This document shows, in pieces, positions 39,165 to 49,184 of a stretch of DNA of 64,000 bases. Location of the stretch: the NCBI GenBank assembly GCA_010909165.1, contig VJWM01000253.1, positions 156,591-220,590 on the forward strand, read 5' to 3'. This stretch comes from Anthoceros angustus (lineage: Eukaryota > Plantae > Anthocerotophyta). Below the pieces are notes generated by a model. That model saw only the letters and a program-made list of their open reading frames with translations, ran no database searches and was not told where the DNA came from. Position 1 is the stretch's first letter. The number at the start of each line of letters is the position of its first letter. The position numbers and the translations under genes are program-made.

Positions 39165-40195
39165 ATTGGGATGTTGTAGATGGTTTTGTAAAACAGTCGT
39201 TGTAAAAGCTTGTACCCAGAGACGCCTCAAACTTAGATGTTGTAATTGCTTGCAATTGGGATGTTGTAGATGGTAAACAGTCGTTGTAAAGCGCCACCCG
39301 CACAGACGCCTCAAACTTAGATGTTGTAATTGCTTTTGCAATTGGGATGTTGTAGATGGTTTTGTAAAAGTCGTTGTAAAGCGCGTTGTACCCGCACCGA
39401 GACGCCTCAAACTTAGATGTTGTAATTGCAATTGGGATGTTGTAGATGGTTTTGTAAAACAGTCGTTGTAAAGCGTTGTACCCGCACCAGACGTCTCAAA
39501 CTTAGATGTTGTAATTTTGCAATTGGGATGTTGTAGATGGTTTTGTAAAAGTTGTAAAGCGCGTTGTACACCGAGACGCCTCAAACTTAGATGTTGTAAT
39601 TGCTTTTGCAATTGGGATGTTGTAGATGGTTTTGTAAAACAGTCGTTGTAAAGCGCGTTGTACCCACCCCGAGACGTCTCAAACTTAGATGTTGTAATTG
39701 CTTTTGCAATTGGGATGTTGTAGATGGTTTTGTAAAACAGTCGTAAAGCGTTGTACAAGACGCCTCTCAAACTTAGATGTTGTAATTGCTTTGCAATTGG
39801 GATGTTGTAGATGGTTTTGTAAAAGTCGTTGTAAAGCGCTTGTACCCGCACAGACGCCTCAAACTTAGATGTTGTAATTGCTTTTGCAATTGGGATGTTG
39901 TAGATGGTTTTGTAAAACAGTCGTTGTAAAGCGCGTTGTACACCGAGACGTCTCAAACTTAGATGTTGTAATTGCTTTGCAATTGGGATGTTGTAGATGG
40001 TTTTGTAAAAGTGTTGTAAAGCGTACCCACACGAGACGTCTCAAACTTAGATGTTGTAATTCCTTTTGCAATTGGGATGTTGTAAATGGTTTTGTAAAAC
40101 AGTCGTAAAGCGCGTGTACCCACACCCAGACGCCTCAAACTTAGATGTTGTAATTCCTTTTGCAATTGGGATGTTGTAAATGGTTTTGTAAAATG
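39165..40195 (+). repeat. Right subterminal tandem array of the CACTA: 11 copies of a ~98-bp consensus unit
   Basis: tcaaacttagatgttgtaat recurs 11 times between ~39227 and ~40155. Consensus: gacgcctcaaacttagatgttgtaattgcttttgcaattgggatgttgtagatggttttgtaaaacagtcgttgtaaagcgcgttgtacccgcaccga. Confidence 0.92.
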
Positions 40196-41270
40196 GCACC
40201 ACGTAATCACATGGTGATGTGGCAATGAGGGCCATGTCATCAAATTATGCCATGTCATCACCGATGATGTGGCAATGAAGGCCATGTGGCAACAACATGC
40301 CATGTCATCACTTGGTGATGTGGCGATGATGTGGCGCCACATCACCACTTTAATGACATGGCACCGAACGCCATGTCGCAATTTTACAACGTCATGAAGT
40401 TCTCGGTTTACAACGGTTGTTGTTGCGCTTACAACGCCACGTTGTAACACCCGTTGTAAAACCGCTAAAACCCTCATTTTCTTTGTAGTGTGTTCAGAAC
40501 CCGAAGGGCATCGAGAACTCGCTATGCGGAAGTGCACACCGAAGGGTGTGGGTCCGCCCAGCTCGACGCCGGGCCTCCTCCCATCCCGCACAACAACGAG
40601 GGTCGATTCTTCGCCTTCCGATCAACCACGCTGCATGGAAAAAATCTATACATTTCGCGAATGGCGGGTTGTTCCATCGCAGTAGAAAACAACGAGTCTA
40701 ACTGTCCGGATAGCGACAACATGCGCTTCGATTGATGTTGTTGGCCTCGCTAACAAGGCGAAGAAATGTCCGGTCAGTATGCTTCTTCCGTCAAAGGCGA
40801 GCCATATCGTCAAAAGTCAATATCAGATGCGGAATGCTATATTGAACCTACACACTCCCTACTGCCACAGATTGCTGCTTAATTCAAATTGTGGGGCTGC
40901 CTCGTGCGACTGCGGCCGGGACGAATGACCAAATTGTTCCTCGATTCCGCACCATGTGACTGATATGACCAGCAGCAATGAAACGTGCTCCATGGTATGC
41001 CACCTCGAAATGGCTGCCAATATCTGCCGGATCTTCTCTCCCCCTCTTCCGCCGACAAGTGGCTAGCATTGTTCTTCGTGAACGATTTTATTGCAGACAC
41101 CGGTATGCATGCAAACCGGTGGAGGTCGATCTTGCCACCTTGAGTGCTTGTTACATCGGCATGCTTGCCACCTTCGCTTGTTACATCGAAGTTGCGCGAT
41201 CCGCCTCATTGAGCAGCCAAATCCTTTAACATGAAAAACCTTTATGGGCACTTATAGGTATTAGAAAATG

Positions 41271-41439
41271 CCATTATCCAAGGACAATGGCCATTATCCA
41301 AGGACAATGGCCATTATCTAAGGACAATGGCCATTGTCCCTGGATGATGGCCATTAGCCAAGGAAAATGGCCATTGTCCAAGGACAATGGCCATTAGCCA
41401 AGGAAAATGGCCATTAGCCAAGGAAAATAGCCATTATCC
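41271..41439. repeat. Tandem array of 20-bp quasi-palindromes (8 full units plus a partial)
   Basis: Unit ccatt(a/g)tccaaggacaatgg at exact 20-bp spacing. Unit 41371-41390 has perfect arms CCATTGTCC-aa-GGACAATGG. Confidence 0.95.
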
Positions 41440-44400
41440 GTGCTTCATTAAATACCAGCGCAACCTCATCGTGTCATCAAGTGGCATGCGATTCGTTGGC
41501 GGCTGCCGACCACCGTGACGGCGTGGGCCTGTTCTCTGCGGTGGCACGCTTGTCGGTAGCGTGCGCCCGATTGTGGCGTGAACTGCATTGTCAAGATGCT
41601 AATCTCCTACTTCATGCTACCCATCCTTCGCCCACGCTTTGATTGAGCTTTGCCGTGTTTGATTGCTATACGTACTGTAGCGTTAGCACCTTCCCCTGCA
41701 CCCTTCAATGTCGGCATCTTTGGAATGTTTCCTCGTTTGTGCACACGGCCTCCCTCACCTACCGTCCTTGTTGCCCATTTAATTGTGGATGGTGGCTTTG
41801 CAGGCATTGGCGGAAGTGGACTTGGCAATGGCTGGAGAGCCCGTTGGAGGCGGAGACCGCGACCATTTTCTCGCCCACATGGAGGGGATCATCCGCATAC
41901 ATGGGTTGATGCTCGACATATCGATGTTTCCTCAATCGAGCCTCGTGAACTAAGAAGGTGCTCGCTTGGGTTGTCTCCGGACATCGAGTGATGTCTTAGA
42001 TGCTCGCATGTCCGCCCGAAATTGGGGAGGTGTTTGGCCGGAGATCACGGAGGATGGATATAAGGTTGACGGCGTTCGGATTGGCTTTATACAGGAGTGC
42101 GATTTGGTGGGTCTCAGATTCACCGAGACTAAGGGCTACCGCTTTAAATGTCAGACAGACATTATTAACACCGGCCCGGGGCTTGTTTTGGAGTGAAAAA
42201 GTATGAACATCCTCCGGCTCCTTATGAGAGCACAAAGGCCCTTGCCTATGCCGCAGTGCCAGCCCTTGATTAAAGCAATGTCAACGCCCGCCGTCTGTTC
42301 TCTCAGTTTCAATCCCCGTCTATAATCCTAGTTTCATTGTGCATGTTGTCCTGGCCAGCCGCGACGAATCCCATGTATCCAGCAGTCGGATGAAAGCGGC
42401 AACCTTGTAAATCAATCTTCATCCTCATTTGCTCCCGCCGACTCTCTCCACCCCCGTGCAGGACATTTAGGTTCCTAGTTCGGCCACAGACATGTATGGA
42501 TTGGTTGGTTTCACTGTTATATGCTATGCACCATTTGAAAGCACGGAAAGCCTTTCTATGCCACGCCACCCTAGTGGCCAGTATGTCGGGCAAGGCATAC
42601 CTCTCCAATGCACACACCTGCTACAAGCAGTGTTTGCAACTCTAATCAGAACCAAATAGCAAAACATCGCTGAAAATACTCTAGCTTCAGCCTCGAGGCT
42701 CGTCCATCTCGGGGTTTGGTGATCCAACCCCCGAAGTTATCAAGGATACCTCGCAGCGAACTCCACCTTAAAACACAAAATCTACAAGAACTCCATGCCT
42801 AATCACTTCACTCGCAGCCAAGAGATTGGCAGCCGCCTTCGTGGAAAGCACTGTGTCAAAAACCATTCTTCCCCTGTGGCAAGTCCTTCTCTCTCCCCTT
42901 GTCTTCGCCTCAAACCGGTAACGCCAATAGGACCTTCAACATGTGAGTCACCAACCTCTTGTTAGTCAATGTCCCACCCCATGCCTCCTGTGACTAGAGG
43001 TCATCAAGCCAGTTGTCCGGACATGGGAAGATGAAGGTGCGCACAAGCGGGTTGATCTCCAAGAACGCCCAAAGGAGCGGAGCAGTCTTCACGGATGTCT
43101 CGAGTGCACCCGTCCGTAGCATCCGTCACATCCTCCCGCACTTGCATAACCCAATCGCGATACCAAATGGACACCTGCTATCGTAATGATGCCCAACGAA
43201 ACCCTTGATAGTCTATTAAAACCCCACGCCTATAGATATGAGGTCGCATAGGGAGTGGCGGAAGAGTGGCCTCATCAGGGGCCGTAGCACGGTAGGGCAA
43301 GAACACGGCGGAAGATTGGAAGAGAACCTTGATGGGCGAGGAATCAAAAGGGCACGGAAGGCAACTCCTCCCGGCTTCTCTTCACGCAATGTGGCGAAAT
43401 GCTGGGCATCATTGCAGAAGGCAACAGCAAAGCACGAGTACTATGTCCAGGTGTTGGCAGAGTGGCGAGAAACGATGAGAACAATCCGAGCGGAAGAAAG
43501 AGGCCAGCTTCATGGACTTGCTTCTATCGTCATAGAGCCCGCCTCCTCATCATGTTCTGGAGTAACAGGTTGAGAGCTTTGTTCAAACTTGGCTTTGTGT
43601 GTTGTAGGAAGAGGCCTGAGCATCCAGCTTTACGTAATTGAGGAAGGTCCCATCGCCTTTTTGCTCTCGTGTGTAGAGCGACATGTTGTGCATTTGCATG
43701 ATCTCGATCCCTCCAACTAGACAATCTTCTTGACATGACTGCTGTTGTTTTTGTATCGTCATCTCTGTTTGGCATGGTTGGAAGGCGGGTTTGGCTGCAG
43801 CCCTTTGTGTTCACTCATTTTGTGGTGTGACACGTAGCATTCCCTGACCGTGTGTGTCGAACAATCCGATGTATGCCGATTTGTGGATCTTTCAAGTTGG
43901 AACCCGGGTGCATCGTGACAACAGTTTCAACCTTGTGAGTCTTACAAACAATGACAAAGAGTATCATTCTGCTAGATGGGTGGTTCTTCAAGAAGATGTC
44001 TCGGAGACAAAATGTTACAACAATTGGTTTTGGCGCCCCACCACGCAAAGTATGCTCCATTTAGGAAAGAACACAAAACCAACACACCAATGAAATCAAG
44101 ACAAATGAAGTCGAACACACTTGGGAGTCACAACGCGACTCCAAACACAAAACCAAAACCCCGCCACCTCACGATCCCACTTCTTCCTCTTCACCCGCTC
44201 GACTTATCATGCTGGGAGTGTGGGCATGCCACTCAGTCATCCACCGTGTAAGATTGGCCACCAGACTCAGCACTGGAGTTGTCATCTTCAACGGCTCTGC
44301 AAATAGAAGAAGCAGCAGCCAGTAAATGTCATGGTAATCAACTAACGTAGGTGCATGATTTGAACCCACACATGCCAGGTCTGAAACTTCTCACCTATGT

Positions 44401-46269
44401 AATTCTGCCAGTTCTTCAAGTCGTTTCCTCAGTTTGGGCTCCAACCAACATCGATGACCTCCCTTTCTTCCAGGCGCATTTCTATGCTTGGGTGGCACCT
44501 TCAATTCAAATCTTGCATGGATAATCATACTCACAGGCAAAACAATCGCAAAGGAGGCTTGTCATTCCCGAGTTTGTAAACTCCTTTACGGTCCCCTTCA
44601 CGCTCATAGTAGATCCTGGACAACCATTTCGCCGCTGTTGCCCTTCATACCACCTATCCCGGATAGTGTCTTTGTCACCCATGGTGTCTTCCGCATTTGA
44701 TGATGAAAACGACTCACTCGCCCATCTTCCATTTCGCCAAGACCGCAAAGTTGTCCTGTGCCTTAAGACAGAGTAGTCCTCTTCAATCTCTTCATCTTCT
44801 TCCTCATCTTCCTCCTCTTGTCTAGGTTTTTGGGCACCTTCGGCTCCCTCAAGATTTGCGCTTTGCCCCACGGTGTTGGAGGTTGCCGACGCACTCGTGT
44901 CCATTCTCCTCTAGCACCACTATATCCTTGTGTTAGCATGGGTTCTCCAACATCGAGAGAGGCAAGCGATGCAGGATGGGAGCCTTCACAACATGGACAT
45001 GTGCACCGACTTCCTCTTTGGGACCAGAGGATGGCAACAGCCTGCAATAGCGGCCTTCTCACAATCAGCAACACCATGATTCGCAGCCTTGCGTGCATCG
45101 TGAGTTGGATGCTCAACAATTGCGGCCTCACCACCAATTGCTAGTGTGTCAACATGGATGCCAAGGGATTGTGGAGCGACCTTTTCAAGCAACCCATCGC
45201 TAGATGCGAGTGGTTCAAGAGATGATGGATGCTATCATGTCCCTGTTCATCCGAGTAAGTGACACGGTGCACAGGACTGCAGATGGATCGAGGTGCGCTC
45301 ATGTGCCACCACCAGTTTGGAGGTTGGGGCTGGGCTAGTTGATCCTCCTCGCATGCAACCTCATCCACTGCACACCCAGATGACTCCGTGTGGCTGGGTT
45401 TGTGGCTTCTCCATTACAAGGTCGGTGTCTTTGAGGTATACACTAGGGATACAACTTGCATATGGCGACGCTTTGCCACCAGTGGACCATCCGATGTGCC
45501 AAGGCGCCTGGCCCCATCGAGCCGATTCGACAAATGGTGTACACACCTAAAGCGTTGATCATATCCGCCACCGCCGCCAATAGCCAACACCTGGGCTCAT
45601 CCTAGGGGTCACGAGTCTCCCCCACTGTGCATGTCTTGGTTGCCTCGCACTCCTCGATCGGAGGAGTCGCCCACCATCACTACTTCTTGATTACTGGACA
45701 TATGGATCGATTTCCCTGTGCCAGATTGGCCACCACATTTGGCAGGAGTAGCTTAACCTAGATGGAGCAATTCGTGATGGTGGTGTTCGTGCATTTCTGG
45801 TGTCCCCCCGGTGTCAAGCCCCAAATGGTGAAAAGCAGGAAGAACCCGCATGGTGAAGAAGCATGGTTGTGCGGCGGAGTTGTTAACATCAAAGAACCTG
45901 CACTCTTTCCGCCGCCTTCCTAGTCCACCTAAAACTATCATCGTCATAAAATTCAGCACCCCATTCCTCCAATCGTATGGCTTCCGGTCTTGACCATGTT
46001 AGAGGACACACTCATAGCACTAGAAGCCCATCCTTTGCCCTCAACCACGCGGGAACCTCCAAGCCACAAGATCGAACGGACAGCATAATCGCTCTCCCTC
46101 AAATTTGGTAGAGGCAAAAGTCGTGGTAGGAGTGTCCACAAGGAAGAACTGAAAATTATGTGCACCATACCACCGCACAAGTTAAGGTTACTTCAAGTGG
46201 GCTTTCACTTCACTCACATTACACTTGATTAAGCTCCACTTCAACCTAGACCACTACACACCATGACAC

Positions 46270-46510
46270 GATCCACTTGAACAAACCACCATAAGCAGCA
46301 CCATAAGTAGCACCATCAAGTGGAAGGTGCTCCAAAGCACCATACAAAGTGGCTACATAAGGAGCACCATCAAGTGGATGGTGCCGCAAGTGGATGGTGC
46401 CAACGTGCGACACCATAATTACCACCTCACTTGGAGCACCATCCACTTGAACACACCGCACCAATATCACAGACACGAAAACTAGTGGCTCACTTGAGCA
46501 CCATCCACTT
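46270..46510. repeat. Cluster of short degenerate repeats (agcaccat(c)aagtgga / caccatccacttga)
   Basis: The motif agcaccat recurs several times, with both aagtgga and its complement tccactt. Confidence 0.5.
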
Positions 46511-48139
46511 CATATGAACCCTTGACTGAACGCAATGATAAGCAGACACCACCTAACCACCTACCCCCAACCACCTAACGATGATACACAAGTGCACTCT
46601 ACACATGATGTAACTTGCAAAATTCAAATTTAAGAGGAAGACCATTGAAGGAAAAGTGGTGACACTCTTCATCACCCAACATTGAGCGGAACACACGGTA
46701 CATAAGGAGCATTGCCTTCACCTCCATACCACCTCTACGATCAAGAGGGGCTTCAATCCAAGCTGGTGGCCAAAGAGGCCGCTGGTCGCCTCATCAAGGA
46801 AGACAATTCACGGTGTGCTGCCATGTCTTGCTCATGCACCCCTTTCTCCATATCTCCACACACTCCTTAGCCTCGCAGCTGCCGGTGGCAAGTTCAGACA
46901 CCAACCCTCCTCCCTTTCAACCAAAGAACGATTGTGTTGTCTTCACCTCTTGCTGGTTGATGCGACTCTCACTCATACTTCTCCAAAGCCAAGTCTCCCG
47001 GACCTTTTTCAGTCAACTTCCTCACATACCTCCAAGAGCACTTTCTCTTGGAGCTTCACCGCCTCAGTAACAACAACAAGATCCTCTAGAGCGGTTCCAA
47101 GAAGGTGCCATGACGCCTAGACATAGGCCAAGTCCGTGACTTGCTCTCGACCACACCATGCATGCCATGTACGAATGGTTCAGCCACCACCTCATGAGAA
47201 GTGGACTCCACGGATCTTTAGTCGCATTGGTTTCCACCACGGCCTCGCTTTGTTTGTAGCTCTTCCTTGGCCGAATGGGCTTTCACCGCTGAATCTGCTC
47301 TCCGGAGATGCTAGCACCTTGGACTCCCGAGCATGAGGCGTGTCCGCTGGCTAATACTCTCCTCACCGGAAGATCCCCTTGTGACACCCATCCGCAAACA
47401 TATGAACCTCGGATCCCTTTTGTCCTCCACTACAACATCCTCACATTCTTCTTTCGATGTTTCGCTCTTGAACCACACCGCACGAAGGGCCTTTGTTGTC
47501 TTGTCATAAGTGAACCAATCAATGGAAACACATTTCAACTTCTCCACAAGAACTCCAAGTGCCATCTTCCTAGGAATGAACTTCTTCCCCTCGGAGGGCC
47601 GCTTCCAGATACACGAACACAAAATCAATGTTTTCCCACTCGACTGGAAATCACCTTGACTTGAAACGCGCGAGACCACTTGAACCCTTCGTTCTTCCCA
47701 GCTATCGGCCCAAACACACTAACAATAAACTCACCACCAATCGTCCTTGAGAATATCGAAATATCCCTAACATTAAAACCAAAGACGACGGAGTGTGCCA
47801 TCTCCTTCTTTCCAGTCCCGAGACATTCACAGGCTTTCCTTGCAACTTCTTCACATGTTCGGTCCTTTCACGCACTTCGGCTTCTTCCGCCTTCTTGAAA
47901 CAAACTCAAGCTCCTCTTCAATGAGCCATCCGCGAAGGCTATGCGATCTGCAAGGCGAAAATGAGTCGACCGGATGCGCAAATGTGGTTTACATCAAATC
48001 CATGAAACCAGACAAACAATTGTAATAGAAGACAATGAGCTCCCATCTTGCACGCCCTTCTCTAGCAACCACAACGAACATCCCTTCATCAATCACTTCC
48101 TTCTCTCCAGGAGGTCCATCTCCAGCCCTTTGCGGGTTA

Positions 48140-48370
48140 TCTGCGGATCCACCACATGATCCGCCCTCCCACACCGCCACCATCCTCCCACACCACCGCC
48201 GCCTCCCACACCGCCATCCTCCCACACCACCGACCTCCCACACCGCCTCCCACACCGCGCCTCCACACCGCCTCCTCCCTACACCGCCACCGTCCTCCCT
48301 CACCGCCGCCCCACACCGCCGCCCCACACCGCCACCCCTCCCACTCCGCCCCACCTCCTCCCACGATCCG
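48140..48370. repeat. C-rich low-complexity repeat (cctcccacaccg)n; related tracts at 49190-49430 and 50715-50940
   Basis: Many imperfect copies of ctcccacaccg(cc). Confidence 0.8.
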
Positions 48371-49184
48371 CACGCACCTCCCTCGGCTCTGCCAAGTGTG
48401 TTCATGGATGTGAGCAGCAACGCTTATCAGCAATGCCCATGGTGAGTAAAGGGCATTGATGGGAACATACAGTATTCTCGCATATCCACCCTCGGGTGAG
48501 CTACCAAGATTACTTTCAAGGTGGCATGTAGAATCCAAACCAAGGTCCTCTTGAACACAAGCATATTTGTCAAGCTCACCAAATTGCAGCCGTGATGTGC
48601 CCGCTTTGGATTTGAGAACTCAAGAAGTCTAAGAAAGTGTACTTGGGAAGGTCCTCATCCTTTTTGAAATTCTGGGTCGCCCTAAACAACAATGGGAGTG
48701 AGAAGCCATAAGCCGCAAGGACATGACTCATGGAAGAGCTCACGCTTCTCACTATCTTCATCTCGCATTACCAAGGGAAGAGGTTGCAACGCCCCGAGAT
48801 GGTAGCATCTATCCCCTGAGGCAGACCTCCCACCTAGCGATGGAAGCACCGGTACCATCTCAAAGGACAACTGCAATAATCCTAAGCAAGCTTCAACATG
48901 CTTCTCCACCCTCATCAATTCCTCACCAATTCAAATGCACAAACAATCGGATGGAGGATTGTGGTTACATCGGTTGTAAACCCTTTGGGCGGAGGTGGCA
49001 CCATACATCCCGCAAACATCGGCCGGGCACAATCACCACCGCCACATCCTCGCCTTGGACTCCTTGAGCCTTGTTGATCCCACAAACCTCGCTCAGCTTG
49101 CACCGCCCAACCCCAACTCGAGCTCGCATTGCATTGCCGCTGAACAAACCCGCTCGCCGCCACCACGGCTTGCCATCTTCACTT

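Larger units (their letters stand above)
28701..40490 (+). mobile_element. CACTA (En/Spm) DNA transposon, 11.8 kb, probably non-autonomous, carrying host gene fragments
   Basis: Left end CACTACAAGG (28701), right end ...ttttctTTGTAGTG (40490). Identical 3-bp flanks TGT (28698-28700 and 40491-40493). TTTACAAC/GTTGTAAA subterminal motifs at both ends. TnpA-like relic present; no TnpD (DDE) transposase recognised. Confidence 0.92.

Noticed and set aside
34189-39956. Long ORFs 34189..35028, 38308..39003 and 39162..39956 as protein-coding genes
   Set aside because: They are stop-free frames produced by minisatellite, microsatellite and tandem-array sequence.
39165-40195. CRISPR-like array (constant repeat with variable spacer)
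   Set aside because: The variable parts are deletion variants of one consensus rather than unique spacers. There are no cas genes, the context is eukaryotic, and the array sits in the CACTA subterminal region.
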